From NCBI RefSeq assembly GCF_006345805.1, contig NC_043011.1, positions 28,036,464 to 28,100,463 of the forward strand: a DNA stretch of 64,000 nt. Direction: 5' to 3'. Of the stretch, positions 1-13,070 are shown piece after piece. Both the position numbers and the translations under genes were made by a program. Every line of letters begins with the position of its first letter. Positions within the stretch are counted from its first letter, which is position 1. This DNA comes from Octopus sinensis (lineage: Eukaryota). Below the pieces are notes generated by a model. It saw only the letters and a list, made by a program, of their open reading frames with translations. It was not told the origin of the DNA and did no database searches.

Positions 1-3
1 TAT

Positions 4-1030
4 GTGGAAGTTATTGACTGGAATACTCGCAGAGTCAATGTACGAACATCTGGAAAAAATGGAGTCCTGCCACATGATCAGAAGGAATGCAAGCGTAAGT
101 GCAGAGGTACCAAGGATCGACTCCTGATAGACAAAACTGTACTTAGAGACAGCAAGAGGAGGAAAACTAACTTAGCGATGTCATGGATCGACTATCGTAA
201 GGCGTACGATATGATGCCGCATTCTTGGATTATTGGTATTGCATCGAATGTTGAGCGGTTGCTTGGAAAAAGTATCGCGAAAATGTATGGCGATCTGAAA
301 GCATACGGAAGAAATTTAAGGACAGTAGAAATTAGGAGGGGCATCTTCCAAGGCGACTGCCTGTCCCACTGATCATTGTACTGTGCTTCATACCACAAAC
401 ACTGATTCTGAAGAAAGCAAAGGCTGGGTATGTTTTCAAAAGCCGCCAGCACGATGTCAACTATTTGTTATTCATGGATGACCTCAAACTTTATGGTAAA
501 GATGAAGCCCAAGTCAGTTGTCTCATTGATACGGTGTATACCTCCAGTGCTGATATCAGAATGGAGTTCGGACTAAGAAAGTGATGTGTATTAGTATTGA
601 AGAGAGGCAAAATCAAATGTATGGACGGGCTAACGATACCGTCGGAAAAGGTTATGAAGCAGATATGAGACGGGTTATAAGTACTTGGGGATTTTGGAAA
701 TAGATAAATTGATGGAGAAAGAAATGAAGGAAAACTTTAAGGTGGAGTACTTGCTCAGACTGAGACTGATCCTTAAGTCGAAATTAAACGGACGGAATAA
801 GATCAAAGCTATCAACACGTGGACGGTTTCATTCCTTAGATACAGAGCAGGAGTAATCGCATAGACAGTAGACGAACGAAACATCTTAGACAGGAAGACA
901 AGGTAGTTGCTAACTAGATATGGGTCACTCCACCCAAAAATGATACAGACAACTGTATGTACCAAGAAAAAGAGGGTGGGGGAGGACTTACTGGATGCGA
1001 ACAAAGCATCTAAAAACAGAAACAATTCCT
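4..1030 (+). mobile_element. Degenerate non-LTR retrotransposon reverse transcriptase fragment (R4/Dong-like, REL-endonuclease group)
   Basis: Translated motifs [47 protein letters not shown] (~466-495), YKYLGILE, SKLNGRNKIKAINTW; several frameshifts and stops. Confidence 0.85.
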
Positions 1031-1228
1031 ATCATAGTAGGCTCATTAGTTATGATAAAAATATATTCAAACAAATACATGTTCGTACAAATGAAGAGGT
1101 TTATGTAATCTAGTAGCCCACTCTATCATTGCTGGTCTTGTGCCAAAGAAACTATTATTATTAATAGCGGTGGATTAGCAGAATCTACAGAAAATAAGAC
1201 AAAATGCATTGCTATATTTAACTACTTC

Positions 1229-1390
1229 AAGGTGGCGAGCTGGTAGAGTCGTTAGCAAGCGTAGTGGCCTTTCGTCCCTCTTTATGTTCCGAGTTCAAAC
1301 TCCACCGAAGTTGACTTTGCCTTTCATCGTTTTGGAGTCGAAAATATAAGTACCAGTTGAGCACTAGGTTCGGTGTAATCGACTTACCTA
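1229..1390 (+). mobile_element. SINE family C copy (head GGCGGCGAGCTGGCAGAA, body GTCGACTTTGCCTTTCATC)
   Basis: Same head/body recurs at 21644, 45988, 58856, 60409 (+) and 37952, 61380 (-); GAGTTCAAA box-B-like motif. Confidence 0.7.
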
Positions 1391-1682
1391 GTCTGGATTT
1401 GCTGCAGGTCTCTGATTTGCAATTTCATTTGGGATTGATACATACTTTTTGAGTTGATTTAATCGACTATACTACCAGACAAATATATGGCTCTGAAATA
1501 TAAAGGGTCCTGGTCAAAATGTCTTAGGATATTTCTTCTGCTTCATTACAAATCCCTCTGAAGTCAACTTTATGTTTCATCATTCCGAGTATTGATAAAA
1601 CTAAATTTCTATGAAGTGATTTGATCGATTATCATTTCTCGTATGTGTGGTCTTGTGCATGTATTAAAACATATCAATATTA

Positions 1683-1902
1683 TTGGTTTGGTACATAATT
1701 ATTGCGGCTTTTTTTCAACAAATTTTATTCAGCAAAAACGATTACATGTAACAAAAACATCTTTAAATGAATATTCCGAAGCCTATTCACCATCTACTTC
1801 AATTACTGGTTGTCATTTAAAGATATTTTTGCTAAATATTATTATTGTTTTTGTTGAATAAAATTGGTTGAAAAAAGCCGCAATAATTATGCACCAAACC
1901 AA
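1683..1902. mobile_element. Mariner-derived MITE, 220 bp
   Basis: ~55 bp terminal inverted repeats TTGGTTTGGTACATAATTATTGCGGC / GCCGCAATAATTATGCACCAAACCAA, TA on both sides; interior reads VIEVDGE on minus strand, like a mariner C-terminus. Confidence 0.8.
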
Positions 1903-4199
1903 TATTTTCATTGTTCAACCAAAAATTGAGTGCGCCCAGGACTGTCATGGTGAAAGAAATTTTGCTTTATTCTGAGATTCTTAAAACTTGATTTCTTGTA
2001 ATCTACGTGATACAAACGCTGTGTCTAGAGGCGATGTTGTTTTCCTGTGTATGCCTGAGAATTTTGCATATAGGCTATATTGCCTTTAAGCCTCCGGTTA
2101 TTATTCATAAGGCATATTTTTAAAGTGGATTGCTTCATATATGCAAGCCTCATTGTTTTCATGTCAATAGCTCCATGTATTTATATATGGACAGATTCCT
2201 AATTTCTTTTCAGTCATGTATTAATATCTGTTGAGATAGAATTCCTTCTTTAAAAGGGATGTAACCTGAGGGTTTTAACAATAATTTCCCTGTCTCTGTA
2301 AACCAATTTGTGAATATAATATGAAGCAGTCTTATCTATTTGTCTATCGCTACTTGTGCTTTATACTCTTAGGACAACCTTTCTTTGGCTATTACGAGGG
2401 GATTTCAATTTCTCGTTATTGAAGCCTCTACTTTTAACGTCTATTTTATTGTTAGTCTATTTTGGCTTACACCGGACGGACATCAAAAAATTCATGGTAA
2501 ACATAATCGTTACAATCCCAGTAACTATCGAAAAAGGGCTGGAGCGGGTACCATTTACGTGACTGTGTTACTCCTAACTGCTCTTTGACAAATCTGAAAT
2601 CATGTGTCAAACGTAGATCAAGGGCGGGGGGGGGGCATCGGCGTCTAGAATATTATTAGCCACTCATAGATTAACATTACAGTCTGTGAGGAAACAACAG
2701 TCACTTTCTGTAGAAGATTATTGGGGCGATTCTGGACGTCGAGGCAAACAGTCTGAGCAGTTTCATCTAAAAGAAAATTGACATCGATGACTATGAATAA
2801 CTTCTAAACGCCCTTGCATGGCTGTTTAACAAGGGAGGGGTGGAGTATAAAAAAGATCAATTTCATACATGAACTTCTGTTTGTTTATTATATGACAATA
2901 GTAAGTGAGTTGTATGCGTTATTTTATATATCAATTTAGTAAAGGCAATTATATAATACACAGGGTTGTAAATGGAAGAGAATTGCCCAACGTGCTGCAC
3001 AGTGGGATTGAATCCAAGGCGAAATGGTTGGAAAGCAAGCTTCTCAACCACACAGCCACGCCTATAAAGGAGAGTTACATTTTGGCTAATATACTCCTTG
3101 ATACAATATGCTTCACAAAAAGATGGAATGTCTACGACGAGAAGACATTTGATTTTGATATTTACTCGAGCAATGCAACAACTAGGAATGCTATACCATA
3201 TAAGGTATTCCAGAATCAACTATCTGTTTCAGGGAAATTGAACAAATTAAAAAAAAAATGACAGAATTTTATGTTCATTACCAAAATAAATATATTTATA
3301 AATCTTACGTCAAGCTTTTATTGAAAATTTTCAACACGTCTATATCTCTGTACACTTTAAATTTCTCCTTAGCGTTGTGAAACACATTTCGAAGCATTTC
3401 AGGAGTTAGCTCCTGTACTGCTAACTATTGCTGCTACATTGAAAAAAATCTGTCATGGACAAATAAGAGGGGTCCAACAGGAATGAAAGTAGAATTATAG
3501 ACAAAATTCGAAATTCATACATTTTTAACACATATTAAACATGATAAACATAAAAGTGAGTTTTAAAAACTGCATCCGATTTCACACAAAACATCATTGA
3601 TTCTGGGACAACACGGACAAACTCAAATGGCTAGGAGTTACGACAGCAGTTTGTATTTTTGTATGAACGTTTTGTATTATGTAGTTCAGACAGGAATGAC
3701 ATAACAAGGGGCATGCTGCCAGGCATGTTGCGTTCCGTAGGATTGAAAACTTGAAATATCAACAGGGCACTTATGCAGAGTGGATGAATAGGTTTGTTGT
3801 GCCTTTACGCAGCCGCATACACACGCACATAGCCCAGTAGTGCGCAAGATGGTAAGGTGAATCGTGGAAAGGTCGCCGACAAAAATTTTAATGTTTTCAT
3901 ATCCTCAGAAAAAGTTGGACAAAAAGATTTTCATGAAATATTATACACTACATATAATTCATAAGTAGTATCAATATTTTATATCGGAAAATGGCGAAAA
4001 AGAAAGATAAAACCCAGTGCAGTATACTCAATCTGATTAATCTGCATGGTTTTTTATGGGGGGAGGGGCATATTGGCGTCGGAAATTATTTTTAGTCAGC
4101 AGAAATTCGAGCAATTCAATGTTTGTTGCAAATTTGGAGGAAAGAAACTGGATTCTCTTCAGGTTACGGGTCTTAATGCTGTGAAAATGCTTTGAAAAT

Positions 4200-4367
4200 G
4201 CGGTTTATCTGCCCGTGGGCCCGCATTAGGCAAGAAGTTGAAACTGCGTTTGGCCCATGACATATGCAATGCATGAGTAAAATTTCGTTAAAACTGGTTG
4301 GGTGGATCTCGAGTTTTAACGACATGACAAATACACAGACACAAATCCTATGTTTTATATGTATAGA
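4200..4367 (-). mobile_element. Probable 5' end of a non-autonomous Helitron
   Basis: Minus strand begins A|TCTATACATATAAAAC then TGTGTCTGT-rich tract, same style as the Helitron 5' end at 13071; 3' end not found. Confidence 0.45.
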
Positions 4368-4963
4368 TTTTTATTTTAATTATTATTTTACTACTGTTAT
4401 TTTCAGTATTTTAAATTATAAATATTAATAAGAAAAATAACATTTAAACTATTACAGTACAAATTACCTCATATAAATATTCATGCACAACAGCTGATAT
4501 CCCCCCCCCAAAAAAAAAATGGGTATTCGTAGCTCGCATAACAAGAAATTAACTATAAATAACGGAAGAGACTAAATATTTTACATCATAATATCAGGAA
4601 TAATACTGTTGCTTAGCAATGGCCTCATTATGACCATAATACTTTATATCCAATCTTGATTTCAGTGAAAGGTGTTTCCTAAGACGAACGGCATCCATTT
4701 ATGAAATCTTTAACTGTTATCAAAATATCCTTTGCTATATAACATGGATTGATGCACATCGGCGTTTTTGTGAGTCTGTTATACATACATACATGATAGA
4801 TTGCCATCAATTCATTCTCTCTTACCTGTTTGTGTCTGCCTTCCAATTGCTGTTTTTACTGAGATCTCCCTTTTTAGTAGAAGAAATAGCTATAACTCTT
4901 TGACTGCTATTTCTAAATTCGGTATGTGGTAAAGCAATTCGTTGCTAAACCCTTTATTGCTTA

Positions 4964-5007
<44 letters not shown>

Positions 5008-5009
<2 letters not shown>

Positions 5010-5312
5010 TAATAATTATATACATAATTACGAGAGATTGGCTATAAGCTGCTCGTGTACGTATGAGTAGATACACGTGAATATTTACTACGGAATAACG
5101 TAGGTATATATTTTTTTACCTTAAGCTTGAAACGGAATCTTGTACACGTTTAACCAAAAGTTTAATTCATTATCTTTCTTTTGCTCGACTACAACCCATG
5201 TTTATTTTTTGTTTAGTTATTAAGGTGGTATTATCGTCTTTTGGCGTCTTTTCTAGCGCGTGGAGAGGCTTATAGCCAATCTCTTGTTATAATTATGTAT
5301 ATAATTATAATA
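5008..5312. repeat. (AT)n-flanked module with ~45 bp terminal inverted repeats
   Basis: ATAATTATATACATAATTACGAGAGATTGGCTATAAGC mirrored by GCTTATAGCCAATCTCTTGTTATAATTATGTATATAATTAT. Confidence 0.65.
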
Positions 5313-5411
5313 ATATATATATATATGTATATATATATATGTATATATAATTACACACACACACACACACATACATATATATGTGTATATATATATATGT
5401 ATGTGTATATA

Positions 5412-5485
<74 letters not shown>

Positions 5486-5598
5486 TATATACACCATATA
5501 TTAGAATTTTCTCTGACTTCTCAGATTTTTTGTATGCTGGACTACTGCTTTTAAATTGATATTGAAATTAATATTAATTTATCTCCCTCATTATTTAA

Positions 5599-5647
<49 letters not shown>

Positions 5648-6299
5648 GTCTCAAATGTCACTGGTGGGTATCAATTTCTAATAACTTCCTTAACTTTACA
5701 AATAAAGACATGGAATTTTGATATAATATTAAGGACATAATAGAAGGCCAGTTGACATTGCCGTAGTGGGCGATTATTCTGTCTCCAAAGCATTACCCTA
5801 GCAACTGCACTGTTTCTCTTCCGGTACGAGTAGTTGCCTAATATTGCTAGAATCATGTGTGAGGTCTACTTTAAATGACCTTCACGTTCCCCAGGCTTGA
5901 TAAGCCCGGATTTTTTTCTTGTGGTGATACTTGAAAGAGAAGGTATACGATAACAAACCGTAGACCCAAGTGCAACTGAAGGAGGACATCAATAGTGAAA
6001 TCAGAGAAGTGGGGTGTGAAACTATTGAGGGTATTATGGCGCAAGGTTTAGAAAAAGCCACTATCTTCATCAGGTGAATTCTAACTTGGCCAGTATTTTA
6101 ATTGCTGTTTGAAATTAATTACGGTATTGGTTACCAAAGCAAAGCTAGAGCTAAAGATACAGAGTCATCCACATCAGAATTAACTGAATTAACAACAAAA
6201 ATAGTAATAACAACAAGAAGGCAGTATATGAAGGAACCGTGGACTCCTACGAGAAATGTCTGTGGACCATGGTATAATTTGAAGTCAGAAGTAAATATA

Positions 6300-6650
6300 A
6301 TAATAATGTGAAGAGGACGCTAACTATAAAACGATAAAATTGATGATGACATTGATGAGAATCGCGAAGGATGATGACAATGTGAGGGGTGATGAAAATA
6401 ACGATGGTGAAATTGGTGACGATAAAAACAACAAAAATGACGATAGGGAAAACAGTTATGATAGGAAAGTAACGGTGATGCCACTGAAGACAACGACCAA
6501 GATGGGGCTGATAAAAAAGGCGATGATGATGATAACTAAAATGACGACAACGTTGGTGACAATGACAATTAGGAAATACAGTGTAGACACTGTATTTGAT
6601 GACGACAGTAGTAACTACAATGAAGACAGCCATGATGAAAGCCAATACAT
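6300..6650. repeat. Degenerate (GAT/GAC)n low-complexity tract
   Basis: Triplet periodicity giving M/D/T-rich spurious ORFs. Confidence 0.7.
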
Positions 6651-6988
6651 TTATTACAGTATGAAGAACGCACGAGTGTCAGAGTCAAGGTTATCAAACG
6701 AAACTAATAAATGCAGAGGAAATATCTCTTCATTTCGCTGTTGCGTGGTCAAATAGAATATTGATAAATAAATAAAAAATATAGAGAAAACATATATAAG
6801 GAAAATGTAAGACTGCATGTGCCGGGTGCCGTGTTGTCTTCTTGGTTATTGTTAAGATCTAGGGGGAATTAATGATGTGTATCTGAATATGCAATTACCT
6901 TTAAATTCTGTGTGTATGAGTGTGTGGTCGCAGGTATATGAATTATCAGCTTTTCTTAAGATTGTTGCTTCATATATACATATATATA

Positions 6989-7057
<69 letters not shown>

Positions 7058-7319
7058 ATATATATATGTATATATATGAGGCAATGCGCCTAAGAAGAGG
7101 ACACTTCATATAGATAAGACGACACAAACACACACATACACACAATATATATGTGTGTATAAATATATTGTGTTTGTGTGTGTGTGCGTACCTATACGAG
7201 TTGTCCTCATATGCTCATTACCTCATATATATATATATATATAAGGCAATGAGCAATAGAGGACAACTGGTATAGGTACGCACAGACACAAACAAACACA
7301 ATATCTATCTATCTATCTG

Positions 7320-7394
<75 letters not shown>

Positions 7395-7595
7395 GTTAAA
7401 TATATGTAATATATAATTGTTATTATATATAATTGTTATAATAATTGTTATATATATGTAATATATAATTGTTATAATATATATAATAATATATAATAAT
7501 TGTTAAATTTCAAAATAATATAAGTTAATTTATGTATTGGATTAAGTCTTTCTTTTTGATTTGCATAATAGTGGTTTTGTCTCTAATTTAATATA

Positions 7596-7658
<63 letters not shown>

Positions 7659-8045
7659 CGCAATGAGTACAAGAAGAGGACAATTCAAGAAAGCAAGCTT
7701 AAACAAATGTTTTACTTGTAAAACATGTATTAGATGCCTGCATGTGTGTGTTTTACATATACGTTTGAGCAAAGAGTATTTTTTTTTAATTTATAAATAT
7801 ATACATACGTATTTGCATACATGAATAAATTGTTTCCACCGACTTTTATTTGTTTCTTTCTCAGTTTGTCTATTTGTGTACATGTAATCAATTACAACGA
7901 CGGCAACTGTTATCGTACGAAGAGATGACGAGATTCTGGTAAAAATGGAGACGATATATTTACCTGTCTGGTATTTTGTTATATCTCCTTAAAACTTCCA
8001 GGTGTATTTCGTCAAACAGCACGTACAAACACTCAAACACACACA

Positions 8046-8087
<42 letters not shown>

Positions 8088-8489
8088 GTACATATATATG
8101 TATGTATATACATATATATATATATATATAATATATATATATATATAATGTATTTATACATATACACGCACGCACACACACATACACACAAATTCATATA
8201 TATATATAAAGAAATATACATATATATAATATATATATATACTCATATATATATGTACATATATATTATATATACATGGGTGTGTGTGCATTCATATATA
8301 TATATATTATATATATATATATATGAATACATACATGTAGAAATCATTCATATGTGCATGTCTCCCATTCTATGATAGTGTATGATATAACATTGAGCAT
8401 ATTTTGATGACAATTTCCTTTGGAATTGTTTTCGCTGGCAGCTTCGTGTAATTTTGATTATTAGATGTTTTGTAATATTATCACTTTTT

Positions 8490-8660
8490 TTGCAGAACGA
8501 CGACGATGAAAAATTAACAAAAATAAAAACAGAAAGATAACAGTAAGAGAGCAGACGACGTCGACTACGACGGTGAGGATAGTGGTGGTAATGGTTGTGG
8601 CTGTGGTGTAGTAATAATGACAATGATGATGAAGATGATGGTGATGATGATGCGGATGAA

Positions 8661-8698
<38 letters not shown>

Positions 8699-8730
8699 CG
8701 ATGATGGTGATTATTATATGATGATGTTGG
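8490..8730. repeat. (GAT)n microsatellite and degenerate flanks
   Basis: Direct reading of the sequence. Confidence 0.85.
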
Positions 8731-8854
8731 CGAAGACAATTGGTAATATACTTACGACATCATCACAACAGCACAAATTTTCATTAACAATTGTCTTTCA
8801 TGTACTTCATTTCACAATAACCATGGTGAAAATGACTATATTTATTCATATATA

Positions 8855-8892
<38 letters not shown>

Positions 8893-9295
8893 TATATATA
8901 AATATATATATGTGTATATGTATGTATGTACGTATGTATGTATGTATGTATATATATATATATTATATATATATATATATATACACATATATGTGTGTAT
9001 GTGTGTGTGCGTGCGCGTGTGTGCGTGCGCGTGTGTGCGTGCGCGTGTGTGCGTGCGCGTGTGTGCGTGTGTGTCTATTCATTTATATACACAGATACAC
9101 ATCCACGTAGATGTTACCACAGGTGTGATGCAGTCATGTTTCCTTATGAAGCGATAAGTTTTGATACTCATTGAATTCACTCGTGCCATTTCCATATATT
9201 AATTCACGATTACTGTTGTATACCTCATCTATGCATATATACATAATATATATAAATAAGTATATATATATGTGTGTATATATGTATGCATATAT

Positions 9296-9348
<53 letters not shown>

Positions 9349-9379
9349 GAAATCAAAATGAGCAACATGATATCAAGTA

Positions 9380-9770
9380 GTAACCCAGTACGACTCCATT
9401 TATTCGAACAATGCAATCATTACATCAACTTCAAAATTCGTACCATCTTCAGCTGCACAAATAAATATATTAAATTTTAACCAACGGCTAAACGAATAAC
9501 AAATGATTTACAATCCTTTACAAGCTATGACCCGAATGGGCTTCATGCGATTCTTGGAACTGTAGTCTATTCGTTGCTACAATAGCGACAGCATGAATCT
9601 CCTCCATCTTCTTGCACTGTTAAAGCATTTGAGTAAAAGTATTTTAATTTATCCAACTGGTTAAAGTTCTATTTATGTATTTGTGCAGCTGAAGATGGCA
9701 CTACTTTTAAACTGATATAATCTTTGTATTTTTCAAGTAAATGGAGCCGCTTGAAACAGTCGTACACTCT
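9380..9770. repeat. Diverged inverted repeat (arms ~9380-9495 and ~9645-9755)
   Basis: CCATCTTCAGCTGCACAAATA mirrored by TATTTGTGCAGCTGAAGATGG; CTCCATTTA mirrored by TAAATGGAG. Confidence 0.65.
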
Positions 9771-9844
9771 TCACTACATCATATCCTGTTGTTTACTTAG
9801 ATTTTATTCACAAATAGGGGGTGTATTTGCACGGAGGAATAAAT

Positions 9845-10787
9845 ATAGGCTATGTTGTTGTTAAAAACGCACCTAAATTTGAAAAAGTTGTAATTGTTTT
9901 AAAATGAATTTATTTACATATATAACAAAATAGTTTCAACAATATTTTTTGGATTATGAATGTTAAAAATTTAGAGTTATGAATTAGAAAAATCTGTTTC
10001 TATGTCCACAAGTATAAATGTTCATAACAGTTAATACTATAAAAACTCTTGATCAACTTGTTTAAAGGTACAACATTCAATAGTGTTTGTAGTGTTCGAC
10101 AAGAAGCGAATATCATAAAAGTTTCACTCATACTGAGTGAAGAGGGAGGAAAACGAGGGAGAAATAAAGATAGCAAAAAAGGGGATTTTGTTTATAGTTT
10201 CTTTTATTCTCTTTCCATCGTGTGCAGGAACTTTCGAGTGTGTTTTTTTTGGAATCCGGTGCATTTATAATTTTTTTCCATGAAAAGATCTGACTTTTTA
10301 TTCGTTAAAGTACTGGTGGTGTCTTGTTTATCTGCTGGTCAAGTTTGACGTTCTGCCTGGTTGGCTACCCTGTGGGGAACAGTTATCAGCTGTTCCAATT
10401 GGTTGTTTCTCTTAAAGGGTCCTTTTCTTGTATTTGCTGAACTCCGGTTTTGGTCCCTGTTTTACTATCTTCATTTCTCCTCGTTTTCTCCCTCTTATCT
10501 CAGTATAACTGAAGCTGATGATATTCATTTCTTGTCGATCACTAAGACTATTGAATTTTGTACATTGAAATAAGTTGATCAACAGTGTTTATATCATTGC
10601 CTGTTATGAACATTTAAACTTGTCAACATTGAAATTTTAAAATATGTTTTTCTAATTCACAATTCTAAATTTTTACTATTGATGAGCAAAAATAATGTTG
10701 AAACTAATTTGGTATATATGTAAATAAATTTATTTGAAGATAATTACAGTTTTATCAAATGTAGGTGCATTTTCAACAACAAATTCG

Positions 10788-10790
<3 letters not shown>
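9845..10790. repeat. Diverged ~330 bp inverted repeat (arms ~9845-10180 and ~10460-10790), probably a PLE-type fold-back
   Basis: GCACCTAAATTTGA/TCAAATGTAGGTGC, TTGATCAACTT/AAGTTGATCAA, GAGGGAGGAAAACGAGGGAGAAAT/ATTTCTCCTCGTTTTCTCCCTC; ends in (AT)n. Confidence 0.75.
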
Positions 10791-10861
<71 letters not shown>

Positions 10862-10881
10862 CAGAGAGAGACAGAGAGATT

Positions 10882-10933
<52 letters not shown>

Positions 10934-11496
10934 TAGCTATAAATATAGATATGTGTATGTGTGTGTGTGTTCGTTTGTATTTATATATTTATATAGACTT
11001 ATTTCTGTGTAGATTATCAGACTTACATAAATGCATATTTACATATCTGTATTGATATGAACCCAGAAAATATTACACTATGAGCGATTATCTTTTGCTG
11101 TCAAACCCATTTCTAAAGCAAATTTTAGATCGGTATATATATGTATATAATTATGTGCTTTGACAACGGCTTTAGAGCAATTTAGCTCTTATTTCTAGCA
11201 ATGTAGGCGTTTATAACACCCGAGTCATATTTAGAGACAATTATGGTTTTCATATTTGGTAAACATTGCATGTCGCTGTCTATATAAATTGAAAGCGGTG
11301 TCCCAGTGTAGTCGCAGTTTGTGGACTGAAACAAATAACAGATAAAAGATTATATATATATATATATATATAGTTTCAATTTTCGTGTAATAAGCGGATT
11401 ATAAGTGGATAAAACAGTGTATTTGGCTTTAGAATAACCCTCTTTAGCCCTTAATTATATGATGTATATATATAATATATATATATATATTATATA

Positions 11497-11534
<38 letters not shown>

Positions 11535-11564
11535 TATATATGTATATATATATATGTATGTATG

Positions 11565-11606
<42 letters not shown>

Positions 11607-11620
11607 TGTATTTATATACA

Positions 11621-11796
11621 GGTGGTGGCGTGACCGTGTGGTAAGGAACTTGCTCCTGAGCCACATGGTTCCGGATTCAATCCCACTGCGTGGCACTAAG
11701 GGCAGCTTTCTTCTATTATAACCTGGGGCCAAACAAAGCCTTGTGAGTGGATTTGATAGACGGAAACTGAAAGAAGCCAGTTACCTACATATACAT

Positions 11797-11836
<40 letters not shown>

Positions 11837-12058
11837 ATGTGTGTATGTGTTTGTGTGTGTGTATGTGGGCGTGTATTTATGTATGTCTGTGTTTGTCCCT
11901 CGGCTAACCTTTTGACAACTGATGTCACCGTATCTCACAAGTTCAGCAAAAGAGACCGAATAAGTATCGGGATCAATTTCTCCGACTAAATGGTGGTGCT
12001 GCAGCATGACCGCACTCAAATGACTGAAACAAATAAAAGAGTAAAGGAGTAGAAAAGG
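11621..12058 (+). mobile_element. SINE family A (tRNA-like head, internal AT/GT microsatellite, GTAAAAGA-type tail)
   Basis: Homologous to 12661-13052 and 40494-40907; head with GGTTCCGGATTCAATCCCACTGCG. Confidence 0.85.
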
Positions 12059-12603
12059 ATACGTATAAACACACACACATATATATGTACACATACATAC
12101 ATGCATCCATACACACATAGTTATTATATATGTTAGATGAATAGACGCATAAATATAGATATATGTACACGCAAGTTTATGACTATATGCAGACATATAT
12201 ATTTACATAAGCTCTTAGACAAGTGGTATCTCGACTTAAAAAGTTGTATAACGTTCTTCAACAAAAATTTTCATACGAAGCGCAACCAAATATAAAATCA
12301 TAAACAGTCTTTTCAGATGAGATGATGTCTGTCAAATTTTACAATTTTGTTATTTCTAAGTTTATTGTTAAAAAAAAAAGAAAACAAAAAACAAAAGTAA
12401 TAAAGTGTAACAATTTGTTGTTTTTTAAGATATTTCCAAAAGTACTTGAGATTATGATTTTAGCTTGAGCATGTCATATTGTCTCTTGCAACATTCCCAG
12501 GCATCGACGTGGAGATTAAGCAAATATACGGAGCCAGCCAGCTAATTATATATGGATTCATACTACTTCTCATACATATATCAATATTATGTATGTATTT
12601 GTT

Positions 12604-12654
<51 letters not shown>

Positions 12655-12660
12655 ATATAG

Positions 12661-13052
12661 CGTACGAGTGGCTGTGACGTAAGTAGCTTGCTTACGATCC
12701 ATATGGTTCCGGGTTCAGTCCCACTGCGTGGCACCTTGGGCAAGTGTCTTCTACTATAGCCTTGGGCCGACCAGAGCTTTGTGAGTGGATTTGGTAGACG
12801 GAAACTGAAAGAAGCCCGTCGTTTATATGAATATATATATGTATATGTGTGTATATGTTTGTGTCTGTGTTTGTCTCCCACGACATCGCTTGACAACCGA
12901 TGCTGGTGTATTTACGTCCCCGTAACTCGGCAAGAGACCGATAGAATAAGTACTAGGCTTACAAACAATAAGTCCTGGAGTCGATTTGCTCGACGAAAAG
13001 CGGTGCTCCAGCAGTCAAAATAACTGAAACAAGTAAAGGAGAGAGTAAAGAG
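12661..13052 (+). mobile_element. SINE family A copy
   Basis: GGTTCCGGGTTCAGTCCCACTGCGTGGCACCTTGGGCAAG...GACGGAAACTGAAAGAAGCC...CTGAAACAAGTAAA. Confidence 0.85.
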
Positions 13053-13070
13053 TATATATATATATATATA

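Noticed and set aside
1905-2590. Possible coding remnant
   Set aside because: No recognisable motifs in the frames translated
7905-8015. Possible hammerhead (ACGAAG...GTATTTCGT)
   Set aside because: Both core segments are mutated; cannot be supported without a consensus
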